Source of the DNA: an uncultured Clostridia bacterium
GTDB taxonomy: Bacteria > Bacillota > Clostridia > Lachnospirales > Lachnospiraceae
Assembly (NCBI GenBank): GCA_947385955.1
Contig: CANDNA010000001.1
Location: 167,065-231,064, forward strand
DNA length: 64,000 nt
Direction of reading: 5' to 3'
Position 1 is the stretch's first letter; every line of letters begins with the position of its first letter. Below, piece after piece: positions 1-8,571 of this stretch. The notes under the pieces are model-generated. The model did not search any database. It was not told the origin of the DNA and worked only from the letters and a program-made list of their open reading frames with translations. The position numbers were made by a program, and so were the translations under genes.

Positions 1-1742
1 GCCTGTATGATCCTCCGATATACTGCCGAAAGCCGCGGAAAAGGCTCTTCACTTCCGGGTTTTACCGCCACCCTGATACCTCCTCCTTCTACTGCAAACG
101 CTCTCACTTTATGGATGCTCAGCCCCGGAATCTGCCGGATCAGCACTTCATAGTCCTCCTGTGTTACCAGCACGCAGCTCTTTCGGATATCCGACGCAAA
201 CCGGCGGCCCACCGCTTCCACAGTCTCTTCCGCCCTGCCGCCCCTTCCTGTAAAAGGATTGTAGAAAACGGCCTGATCTTCTGACGGATTCAGAGAGAAT
301 CCGTTTTCTGCCCGTATGTTGCCTCTCTCTCCCTGATATACCACACAGGCACACAATGATAACCGGGCTTCTTCATACGCTCCCGCATCCTCAATCCGTA
401 CGGCGCCTTCTTCTGCCAGAAGAGTATACCGAAGTCCGTCCCGCTCCTTTTCCCCCGGCCTGTAAAACTGATATTTTTCTCCGCCGTCCGATGTTTTCAG
501 ACAGGCAGAAAGGACAAACGTATCTCCCAGAATATGACACAGGGGACGCAAAGACAGTGTTTCTCCCAGATATCCATAAATACGGCCGATCTGATAATGG
601 GACAGAAATTCCGGTCTGCGCAGTACCAGTACGGCGCAGGGCTTTCCTGCCCCGCTCTCCCGGACCAGTCCTTCTCCATCCAGCGTAAAACGCCATGTTC
701 CCAGCTCTTCCCGCTCCCGCCAAAACCATCTTTTATTGTCATCTTCCAGCCGGGCTTCCCCGGCTTCTTCATATCTGTAATAAAATCCATCCCGCTCCAG
801 TCCGTATACGGTCAGCTCACAGGTTTCCAGCATGGCATTTCTGACAGAGAACCCCTCTGCCATCTGAAATTCCAAAGTTGCTGCCAGCGTATCTTTCTGC
901 CTGACCGGAAACAGAAAATCCAGAAAAAACCTGGCCCGGGGCGGGCTGTCATATTCCGCCCGGTCCAGACGGCACCGAAGCGTATATCCCGTCCCGCCAA
1001 ACCTGGGATCGGCGCTGCCTTCCATCTCCGGCATCTTAAGCCTGATCAGACCGTCCTGCAGAAAAGCCCCGGTCCCGTCCTGGCAGACAATCCGGCAATA
1101 TCCGCCTTTTGTATACAGGCTCCAGCTCAGATCGGCAAACAGGCCTCCTGCCGTTTCCGGGATCCGGTTTCTGGGAAAAGCCGGCGCTGCCTTCATCCAA
1201 ATGGTAAGCCACTCCCCCGGCCCCGGCAGCCGCTCCAGTATAAAATAAAGACAGTCCCCGGCCTCCGGCCTGCTGCCAAATAAAAGCACACTGCCGGGCG
1301 TCTCTTTCTCCAGCCCTGTCCCGATGCTTCGCAGATTTCCGTCCGTTTCCAGAAACAGTCCCGTCAAAGCGCTGCCCCTTGTATCCACTTCCTGCTCTGT
1401 TTCAAAGCATAAACCGCCGGCATACAGTTTTTGACCGGGCAGCAGGCAGTCCGGTCCCTCTGTTCCCCGCCGTGTCAGCCACACACTGGCGGCCTGTCCC
1501 TTTTCCCTGTAAAAACCGGCCAGGCCGCAGAGCATCTCCACCGCCTGGCTGCTTACCTGGTACAGTCCGCTCCTCTGCAGTGCCTGAAAAGCAGTGAGAT
1601 TTTCCAGAATGGCAATCCCCGGATCCGATACATGATAATTGGTCCACTCACTCCGGTAGAGAAGGATCTGTGCCATAGCCTCCTGCATCATCTCTTCCAG
1701 TTCTTTTATATTGTCAGCTTCTTCTCTCCTCTTACTCAGCAT
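1..1742 (-). CDS. Partial CDS (N-terminal ~580 aa in window; continues past the left edge): large structural protein immediately downstream of baseplate-J, in the position of Afp12 / gpI or a fibre-proximal baseplate component. Function not recognisable from sequence.
   Basis: Hand translation of the minus strand from ATG 1742..1740 (MLSKRREEADNIKELEEMMQEAMAQILLYRSEW...) gives an unbroken open frame to position 1. It is the one minus frame with no reported short ORFs. The overlapping plus-strand ORFs look like GC-rich shadow frames. The ORF track would omit it for lack of an in-window stop. Confidence 0.5.
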   Translation of the reverse strand, partial: MLSKRREEADNIKELEEMMQEAMAQILLYRSEWTNYHVSDPGIAILENLTAFQALQRSGLYQVSSQAVEMLCGLAGFYREKGQAASVWLTRRGTEGPDCLLPGQKLYAGGLCFETEQEVDTRGSALTGLFLETDGNLRSIGTGLEKETPGSVLLFGSRPEAGDCLYFILERLPGPGEWLTIWMKAAPAFPRNRIPETAGGLFADLSWSLYTKGGYCRIVCQDGTGAFLQDGLIRLKMPEMEGSADPRFGGTGYTLRCRLDRAEYDSPPRARFFLDFLFPVRQKDTLAATLEFQMAEGFSVRNAMLETCELTVYGLERDGFYYRYEEAGEARLEDDNKRWFWREREELGTWRFTLDGEGLVRESGAGKPCAVLVLRRPEFLSHYQIGRIYGYLGETLSLRPLCHILGDTFVLSACLKTSDGGEKYQFYRPGEKERDGLRYTLLAEEGAVRIEDAGAYEEARLSLCACVVYQGERGNIRAENGFSLNPSEDQAVFYNPFTGRGGRAEETVEAVGRRFASDIRKSCVLVTQEDYEVLIRQIPGLSIHKVRAFAVEGGGIRVAVKPGSEEPFPRLSAVYRRIIQ

Positions 1743-1746
1743 CCCC

Positions 1747-4722
1747 TTATCCTCCGCGCACATAAATCTGATGTGCCCCGTTGCAGCACACTGCAAAAGG
1801 ATTGCCCGCTGCTTTTTCAAACGGCATCTCGTGCAGCCCCTTCTCATCCCGGCGGGCCGCTGTAACGGCATACCGTTCCACATAGCCATCCTGTCCTATG
1901 CCATGCAGCATCATACCAATCTGCTCTTCTGTGGGAAATTCCCCGATCTGCCGCCCCTCTCCCGGCCCGCTTCCCGGTTCCAGATACGCCTCTATCTGCT
2001 CCAGATACCGCCGCCTCACAGATATCCCCTCTCTGATATCCGGGATCTGCAGCCACAGCTTTACACTGACTTCCACAAAATCCGGCGCCTCGATACAAAG
2101 TTCTCCTTCCCGGCAGCCTGCCTCACACTGTCTGTCAAGTACGGTTTTCAGTTCCCTGCGCAGGCGGTAAAAAGAATGCATACCGTCCCGGTAATCCCTC
2201 ATCAGAACGACCAGATGAATCTGCCGCTCCTGCACCCTGCCCTGCCTGTCCACACCGCAGATACAGGCTGCCTGTGCCACATCCTCTGAAAATCCCAGCG
2301 CCTCTCTCTCATAATCATATTCCGATACCAGCCTTCTCCTGCTGCCGATCAGATGACTGCTCCGCCAAAGCGCCCGCTGTGTCCGCTCCAGGTCACTGCC
2401 GCCGAATCCGGCCGCCGGGTTTTTCACCTCCCGGACAGACTGCACATTGCCGTAAAAGCCGTCAATGCTGCCGGGCTCCACATTGCCCAGACTGCCCCTG
2501 CAGCTTTTGCGAATCACCCGAAACGCCGTATCCGCAGTTTCTCCGGGAATGCGGACCCGGATACCGTCGCCGAACAGAAGCCTGTTGTTGATCCGGTCAA
2601 CCTGATACAGCCGTTCTCCGCCCTCTGCCTCCAGAAAATGGTCGGCCTCTTCCCATTTTACATAAAAAGCCGAAATTTCTCCCCGGCTGTCATATTCTGC
2701 CTGTACCGTATCCGGCCGGTTTTTCAGCATTTCTTCCATCTCCCTGGGAGCAAGCCGGCGTTTTTCATTGACCCACACCTCTGCCTCCAGCAGATTGTCC
2801 CCATAAAGCGGAAACTCCATATCCGGCCGGGCCGTATCCAGATAATAGTCCTCTGCCGCGGCAGTCTCCACATTGTGCGCCATCACTGCATTTGGCAGGA
2901 TCTCTTCTATGAACTCCCGAAAGCGGCTGATTTCCTCCCGGCTTCCGTTTTCATCCCGCAGCCTGAGCCAGCAGCGTTTTACCCCTTCCAGCTCCGTCAG
3001 CCCCATATCCGACGGAGGTTCAAACATCACAATACCCGAATGGCTCAGATTCCCGGTCCCGTCCCTTACCCACAGTTCCTGAAACCCTCTGCCGGTACTG
3101 TATTCCCACAAAATCCTGCCTTCCCGTCCGTTCTCTTCCCGGCGTAACTTAATATACAGGCTGACAGGCCCCTGCCGCCATACCTGGTCAAATCCCAGAT
3201 ACAGAGCATTGCCCGGATAAGGGAACGGGAGAAATACCGGATGGGAAATGCCGTTTTGTAAAAGCGGCAGCAGATCTTCATACCGGGCGCCGCACACCCT
3301 GAAAAGCCCGTCCGGTTTTACCGTCTGCCCCTCATAGCTGTAACAGATCTGCAAGTTCCGGATCACCGGAATGAAATGGACTGCCGGCCGCATATAGCAG
3401 TGATCCGACTTAAGAATCCACAGCCGCAGGCAGCGTCCCTGATAACCGTCCATCTGCAGCGCCTGCCAGTCATGAGGCGCATAAAAGGAAAAACGCTGTT
3501 TTCCTGCCTGTTCCCGTGCGCCAAACAGCAGTTCCGGATTCCCTTCGGTATGCAGTCTTTTCCAGCCCGTCCCGTTAAAATAAGCGAATCCCACTTCCTC
3601 TGCCGCACACATCCAGGGCCGCTCATCTGCCCGGTACCTGGGAATTTTACGGATCAGCGGCAGCGGCTTTTCCTCCTCTTCCCGCCTCAGTGCAAAGCAT
3701 TTTTCTTCAAAAGACAGCACAAATTCCAGTTCTATCAGCGCCCCTTTTCTGGAAAACACCTCATCCTGTCCGATATAGCATTCCCGGTACAGGGCCAGCT
3801 CTTCTCCAAAGGGCCGGAAACAATCCACATCCTGTTCAAACATTTCATCGGAAACATACTCTGCCTTTCTCCGGCCCGCATCCCCGAACAGTTCCACCGA
3901 CTTTATGGAAATCCCATCGCCGGGCATAAGCTGATGCAGTATCACCGCCCCGGTTTTTTCCCCGTAAAGAGGCAGCCTGCCAAAAGTCCCTTCCGTACGA
4001 AGGATAATCCGGTCTCCTTCCCGCCTTACCTGCTCAACCTCCCTCAGGCCTGTACCGCTATCATACAAAAAGCGATACCGCCTTTCATCCGAAAATAAAG
4101 AGGCCAGCTCTCTGGCAGACTTTTCACCCGAAAACCGGATACCTGCCTGCATACCGGCCCTGTCAAACAGATCTCCATGATAAATCACCAGCTCCTGCTT
4201 CCAGATCTCCCGTCCCTCTTCCTCCGGCCCCTGTCCTTCCGTCACAGGAAACGGCGCCCATGTTTTCATCTCTCCCAGATAAGAACGGATACTGGCATGC
4301 CCGCAGGATATTCCCACAATATCGGTCAGGGAAACACCCGACACAAACAGATCCTGCATCGTTTCAAAAATCAGAGGTTCCCCCTCCTTTGCCCTGGCTG
4401 TCAGTTTCGTGGCTTTTCCCACTACAGCGCCGCTTCTGTCCCGGGCCTTCATCACCACGATGCTCTGCGCCGCCCTGGCAGGCCGCAGCGCCATTCCCAT
4501 CAGATCCGCAAACATGGTCCGGAACCGGGAAAAGGAGCCGTCAAACAGACGTATCGTTTCCTCCGTCTGCTTTGCATAGATCATTGCGATAATCGAACCG
4601 ATGTCCGGGTTTTCTTCGGAAAATTTCCACTCAGGCACGTAAGAAGCCGCCAGCTCCCTGATCTGTCTGCGGATTTCTTCCGCTCTTCTCTGATCCGGCA
4701 CAGATCTATCTTCTGCCGCCAT
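1747..4722 (-). CDS. Baseplate J-like protein (T4 gp6 / P2 gpJ / Afp11-like), 991 aa
   Basis: Large protein directly downstream of the gp25-like gene with overlapping start. Size and position are typical of the baseplate wedge gp6/gpJ family in contractile tail modules. Confidence 0.65.
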   Translation of the reverse strand: MAAEDRSVPDQRRAEEIRRQIRELAASYVPEWKFSEENPDIGSIIAMIYAKQTEETIRLFDGSFSRFRTMFADLMGMALRPARAAQSIVVMKARDRSGAVVGKATKLTARAKEGEPLIFETMQDLFVSGVSLTDIVGISCGHASIRSYLGEMKTWAPFPVTEGQGPEEEGREIWKQELVIYHGDLFDRAGMQAGIRFSGEKSARELASLFSDERRYRFLYDSGTGLREVEQVRREGDRIILRTEGTFGRLPLYGEKTGAVILHQLMPGDGISIKSVELFGDAGRRKAEYVSDEMFEQDVDCFRPFGEELALYRECYIGQDEVFSRKGALIELEFVLSFEEKCFALRREEEEKPLPLIRKIPRYRADERPWMCAAEEVGFAYFNGTGWKRLHTEGNPELLFGAREQAGKQRFSFYAPHDWQALQMDGYQGRCLRLWILKSDHCYMRPAVHFIPVIRNLQICYSYEGQTVKPDGLFRVCGARYEDLLPLLQNGISHPVFLPFPYPGNALYLGFDQVWRQGPVSLYIKLRREENGREGRILWEYSTGRGFQELWVRDGTGNLSHSGIVMFEPPSDMGLTELEGVKRCWLRLRDENGSREEISRFREFIEEILPNAVMAHNVETAAAEDYYLDTARPDMEFPLYGDNLLEAEVWVNEKRRLAPREMEEMLKNRPDTVQAEYDSRGEISAFYVKWEEADHFLEAEGGERLYQVDRINNRLLFGDGIRVRIPGETADTAFRVIRKSCRGSLGNVEPGSIDGFYGNVQSVREVKNPAAGFGGSDLERTQRALWRSSHLIGSRRRLVSEYDYEREALGFSEDVAQAACICGVDRQGRVQERQIHLVVLMRDYRDGMHSFYRLRRELKTVLDRQCEAGCREGELCIEAPDFVEVSVKLWLQIPDIREGISVRRRYLEQIEAYLEPGSGPGEGRQIGEFPTEEQIGMMLHGIGQDGYVERYAVTAARRDEKGLHEMPFEKAAGNPFAVCCNGAHQIYVRGG

Positions 4723-5131
4723 TTATCCCACCCTCTGTCTCTGCATACAAGTAAAAGGGGAACACCAGATTCCCTTCCGTGTCCTCTGCCGCCAGTGTAT
4801 AATCCATATGGATCAGCAGACAGCCCCGATCCAGCTTTTCCTCAATCCGGATTCCCACATCCGCGATCCGCGGCTCCTGCTCAAGCAAAGTCTGCCGCAG
4901 TTCCCTGGCCATCATATTCAGCCGGGTGACAGAAGTATCCATAAACGTATATGCCATAATCCTGCTGCCAAATTCCGGATGAAGCCACCGCTCTCCCCGC
5001 TGGGTCATCAGGATACTGTAGACCGATTCCCGGACACTTGCCTCACCGGAAGATACCATAAACCGTCCCGTTGCCCTGTCAATCTGAGGCGGGAATTTCA
5101 TTCCTGTTCCCAAAAATTCCTGTCCTGCCAT
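4706..5131 (-). CDS. Baseplate wedge protein gp25 / GPW-like (lysozyme-like fold), 141 aa
   Basis: About 140 aa. N-terminal motif MAGQEFLGTGMKFPPQIDRATGRFMVSSGEASVRESVYSILMTQRGERWLHPEFGSRIMAYTF is characteristic of the GPW/gp25 family. RBS AAGGAGA upstream. Confidence 0.85.
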   Translation of the reverse strand: MAGQEFLGTGMKFPPQIDRATGRFMVSSGEASVRESVYSILMTQRGERWLHPEFGSRIMAYTFMDTSVTRLNMMARELRQTLLEQEPRIADVGIRIEEKLDRGCLLIHMDYTLAAEDTEGNLVFPFYLYAETEGGINGGRR

Positions 5132-5144
5132 ATCCGTCTCCTTC

Positions 5145-5960
5145 CTACCCCATTTTGATGACTTTGCCGTCTATCTTCGTCATCCCGTCACTGCTCAGCT
5201 TCAGCGCCGAAGAGGCTTCCGTTATCACCTGTCCCCCGCTGATACGGACACTGCCGTCTGCCTCCATTCCGATACCGCCGCTGGTCTGCATCATCACCTT
5301 ATCCGCCTCCACCTTCACTGCCCCGCTTTCTCCGTCCAGTATCACCCGGATCCGGTCTCCTACCTGAACGGTCAGCTTCTTTGCCGCCCTGAGCTCTATC
5401 CGCCCGTCATCCGTAGTCATTTCCACATGACAGTTATTTTCCTTATCTGTCAGTATCATTCTGTGTCTTTCATTGTCCAGTATCATTTTATGGGCATCGC
5501 CGCTGGTAGCCACAGTGATCCGGTCCTCATCCCCCTCCTTTTCCTCTCCGCCGTCCTCAAACAGGATATAACTGCCGTTCCGGGTCATGATTTTTTTACA
5601 GGTATTTTTCTCGTCCGTGCATTTGCGTAAGAAAGCATCATTGTCCCTGGACAGACAGCCGATCACATAAGGCTTTTCTATATTACCGTTTTCAAAAGCC
5701 AGCAGCACCTGATCCTGTTTTTCAGGCATAAAACAGGCGCCCCATTCCCGGCCCCGGTACATGGCAGCCACCTTTGCCCATTTCAGTTCATTGGCCCCCT
5801 CATCCCGGACCGGGATGGTCACGCAGATACGCCCCGGCATTTTTCCACTGTAATTTTCCGCTACAATGCCCACCACCACACCGGTGATCCGCTCTCCTCC
5901 CAGTTCTGTCCTGGTCACCTGTTTTCTGGAAACCTCATCCACAATATCCAGCAAAGCCAT
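5145..5960 (-). CDS. Spike / baseplate hub tip protein (phage gp5 / gpV / VgrG-like OB-fold plus beta-helix), 271 aa
   Basis: Size, position between the gpD-like and gp25-like genes, and a C-terminal repetitive beta-strand region (VTIPVRDEG... GDRIRVILDGESGAVKVEADKV...). AGGAGG RBS. Confidence 0.7.
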   Translation of the reverse strand: MALLDIVDEVSRKQVTRTELGGERITGVVVGIVAENYSGKMPGRICVTIPVRDEGANELKWAKVAAMYRGREWGACFMPEKQDQVLLAFENGNIEKPYVIGCLSRDNDAFLRKCTDEKNTCKKIMTRNGSYILFEDGGEEKEGDEDRITVATSGDAHKMILDNERHRMILTDKENNCHVEMTTDDGRIELRAAKKLTVQVGDRIRVILDGESGAVKVEADKVMMQTSGGIGMEADGSVRISGGQVITEASSALKLSSDGMTKIDGKVIKMG

Positions 5961-5979
5961 CTTATCCCTCCTGACGCCG

Positions 5980-7131
5980 TTATGGTGAAATGGCGGCTGC
6001 CTTTCCTTTGATCATTGTCCGAAACCCGCCCGTATCACTGACAATATGCCGTACCTGCGTGAGATAAAACCGATTGTCCGCAGGCTGTCCCAGCCCTGTT
6101 GTCTCAATAAAACAGCCCGGCTTTAATTCCGGCAGCCCCACGCATTCCGCTTCCAGCGTTCCCAGCCGGTATCCCATTTCTTCCAGCATAAAACCTGCCC
6201 GGTACTCCGCCTCCTGCCTTGAAGCAATGCTTCCGTCCACATACACCCTTCTGGTCTGGGACAGCAGTGCCTTTGCCCGGTTTCCCAGAGAAATCCTGTT
6301 GGGATTTTTCAGGGAAGCCGAGATCACCCGGCCCCTGCCGGTATCCATTCCCCTTGCCTCCACGGTCTGTACCAGTCCGGTCATATCATAGCTGATTTCA
6401 TATTCCAGCATCCCCTCATCCGTCCCCAGATTCATCAGGCACACATCCGTATCCTTCGCCCTGCGGAATATGACATTACCGTCATCTATATAAAATTCAT
6501 AATTGAACCGTTTTGCAGCTTTTACCACAAACTCATAATCGCTCTCGGACACCATCTCTATGGTTTCTGCGCTCACATCCTCCGAAGCCCCTTCCGGCTT
6601 CTGATCCGGCGTAGCCGTTACCGACAACTGACTGTATATGCCGCAGGAAAGCATCTGCTGGTATGGGCTCTGGCCAAACAGCTCCCTGACCGCGTCACTG
6701 TAGCATCCGGCCAGAAGCTGCCTTGCATTACAGTTAGACATCATCAGTCCCTTGACATCCAGCGCCGTCATCCGCACATGGTGAGGGTCCCCTTCCCGGT
6801 TTACATACGATATCTGTGCAAGAAAGCCCCGGAACACCTCCTGCATTCTGTTTCCGTAGCCCAGCAGTACCCGCACCGGATACCCCAGATAAGCATACTG
6901 CTTCAACTGCTCCGTCCGGTACTGCCGCTTCTGCGCATCATAACAGCCATAGACAGAGAATGTAACAGCGGATGCCTCGAATCCGCTGCTCAGCTCCACT
7001 TCCAGCTCACTGACCATAAAACCGGCATTGTTTTCTCCCAGATTCCGCTCCTGTATCCATATCTGCACCAGGGGATATGTAAATTCCATATACTGGCTTT
7101 TCAGAGTTTCGTATGAATAAACTGCTGCCAT
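5980..7131 (-). CDS. Phage late control gene D-like baseplate hub protein (gpD family)
   Basis: About 385 aa, located upstream of the spike as in P2 / R-pyocin modules. Start placed at MAAVYSY (ATG 7131), which has an AAGAGGAGA RBS. The ORF-track start at 7182 adds a basic leader. Confidence 0.55.
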   Translation of the reverse strand: MAAVYSYETLKSQYMEFTYPLVQIWIQERNLGENNAGFMVSELEVELSSGFEASAVTFSVYGCYDAQKRQYRTEQLKQYAYLGYPVRVLLGYGNRMQEVFRGFLAQISYVNREGDPHHVRMTALDVKGLMMSNCNARQLLAGCYSDAVRELFGQSPYQQMLSCGIYSQLSVTATPDQKPEGASEDVSAETIEMVSESDYEFVVKAAKRFNYEFYIDDGNVIFRRAKDTDVCLMNLGTDEGMLEYEISYDMTGLVQTVEARGMDTGRGRVISASLKNPNRISLGNRAKALLSQTRRVYVDGSIASRQEAEYRAGFMLEEMGYRLGTLEAECVGLPELKPGCFIETTGLGQPADNRFYLTQVRHIVSDTGGFRTMIKGKAAAISP

Positions 7132-7182
7132 ATCAGTTCTCCTCTTAGGCTGGTCGCACTGCTTATATTGGCTGCACCGCAT

Positions 7183-7413
7183 CTGTCATTTGCTGAGGGC
7201 GACTACGGAGGATATTAGAAATTCTCAGTGCTTTGTTCTCTGTCAGCAATTTCCGGACAGGGATGTCCGGAAAAAGCCCATCTGAGCCTGGATGGCGAAT
7301 ATGGGCCGGTTGCGTTACCTGCCAAACCCTGCAGGAAAGCACTTAGAATTTCTTATGTCCGCAGTCCGGAGCCGGAAGCAAACGATTGATGCAGCGCAGC
7401 GAACATATCCGCT
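7183..7413. other. 230-bp structured non-coding spacer inside the contractile-system operon, with nested inverted repeats
   Basis: 19-bp inverted repeat TAGAAATTCTCAGTGCTTT (7216-7234) and AAAGCACTTAGAATTTCTT (7336-7354) with 17/19 complementary. Perfect hairpin TCCGGACAGGGATGTCCGGA (7252-7271). GCCCAT...ATGGGC palindrome near 7277-7310. Confidence 0.5.
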
Positions 7414-7983
7414 TCAGTCCGCTTTTTCAAATGCACGGCTCACATCCTCCGCATCCTCCCGTATGGTCAGCTTTACGGATCCGGCCAGAGGAGCTCCCGT
7501 CCTGTCGAACATATCATAGGATGCGCTCATACTGCTGATAAAGCCTGTGCATTCCAGTTCTCCCCAGGAAAACGAAATCCTCCGGTCGGGGCTGTGCATC
7601 ATAAGGGCCAGAAACATTTCCACCCGCTTTTTTACAATGTCCGGCGTTTCTTTCTCCCGGCCGGCAAAGACCAGTTCCACTTCCAGTGTCCGGGTGCAGT
7701 TGCCTGCCACATTCACTGCCATATCCAGCCCGTCCCCTGCATTGTCCGCCTGCTCACTGATCTGTTGGGAAATATGGAGAGAGGAAGGGTTATACTGCAC
7801 AGAAATAATCTTTTCGTCCTGCCCTCTGACCGCCCCGGATGCCGCTCCCTGCTCCAGGACATTTCCGATCTGCATCATCCTGTCTGCTGTCTTTGTTTTT
7901 CTGCTTCTCTGAAGCGATACTGCGGAATCCGGATGCAGGAACCGGATAAGCGCTTTTGCTGTCTGTAAAGTAGATCCGTCCAT
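7414..7983 (-). CDS. Contractile-system core protein, paralog 2 of a tandem pair (tube-initiator / gpU-gpX-position protein), 189 aa
   Basis: Clear paralogy with the adjacent 188-aa protein (ISVQYNPSSL vs IPVQFQPSSL; ISFSWGELECTGF...VKLTI vs VSFNWGELYYKGR...VDLTI). AAAGAGG RBS. Confidence 0.5.
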   Translation of the reverse strand: MDGSTLQTAKALIRFLHPDSAVSLQRSRKTKTADRMMQIGNVLEQGAASGAVRGQDEKIISVQYNPSSLHISQQISEQADNAGDGLDMAVNVAGNCTRTLEVELVFAGREKETPDIVKKRVEMFLALMMHSPDRRISFSWGELECTGFISSMSASYDMFDRTGAPLAGSVKLTIREDAEDVSRAFEKAD

Positions 7984-8004
7984 ATCTGCCTCTTTTTATC
8001 ACTG

Positions 8005-8571
8005 TTATCTCAATCCGGATTCCGGACGGACGGATGTATCCGACATCGCTATTGTCAGATCCACTCTGGCCCTGACAGGGCTGCCATCCTGGCCGAACAT
8101 TTCATACTCTGCCTCTATTTCCGTTACTCTGCCCTTATAATACAGTTCTCCCCAGTTAAAAGAAACCTGTCTGGTAAAGGGGCTGCGCACAGCAGCCAAC
8201 AGCCCTTCCACCCGGGGCATTACATTCCCTTCTTCATGAAGGGTATGGTCAAATATCAGCGACAGGGACATGGTCAGGCGTTCCGGGGCTGCCGGTTCCG
8301 CATTTTCCGGTTTCCGCCTTCTGGTATCTTCCGGCTTGGAAATATCGCCCCTGCTGCCCTCTTTTGTCCTGGAGCTGCTCTGAAACCGCAGACTGGACGG
8401 CTGGAACTGTACCGGAATGATTTTGGTTTCCAATGTCCTGCTTTTGCTCCCGTCCACACCGTTTTGCAAAACCAGAGCCGTCTGTCCCGAAAATCCTGTA
8501 TTCGCTCCCGCCTGCATTGCCACCTGATCCCGGTAATCATAAAATTCCATGTACGCCGTTTCCGTTTCCAA
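8005..8571 (-). CDS. Contractile-system core protein, paralog 1 of a tandem pair, 188 aa
   Basis: See paralog 2. The listed start is a TTG codon abutting the stop of the upstream gene. An in-frame ATG (MEFYDY) lies 7 codons downstream. Confidence 0.5.
   Translation of the reverse strand: METETAYMEFYDYRDQVAMQAGANTGFSGQTALVLQNGVDGSKSRTLETKIIPVQFQPSSLRFQSSSRTKEGSRGDISKPEDTRRRKPENAEPAAPERLTMSLSLIFDHTLHEEGNVMPRVEGLLAAVRSPFTRQVSFNWGELYYKGRVTEIEAEYEMFGQDGSPVRARVDLTIAMSDTSVRPESGLR

Noticed and set aside
534-1283. Plus-strand ORF of 249 aa, with other plus ORFs at 1431..1865 and 1711..2289
   Set aside because: The proteins are Pro/Arg/Gly-rich with no domain. They lie antisense to an unbroken 580-codon minus-strand frame that continues off the left edge. 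I read them as GC-rich shadow ORFs.
2353-4929. Plus-strand ORFs 2353..3147, 3376..4098 and 4177..4929 inside the baseplate-J gene
   Set aside because: They are antisense shadows of a 991-aa gene with a good RBS and operon context. Their composition is typical of wrong-frame translation of high-GC DNA.
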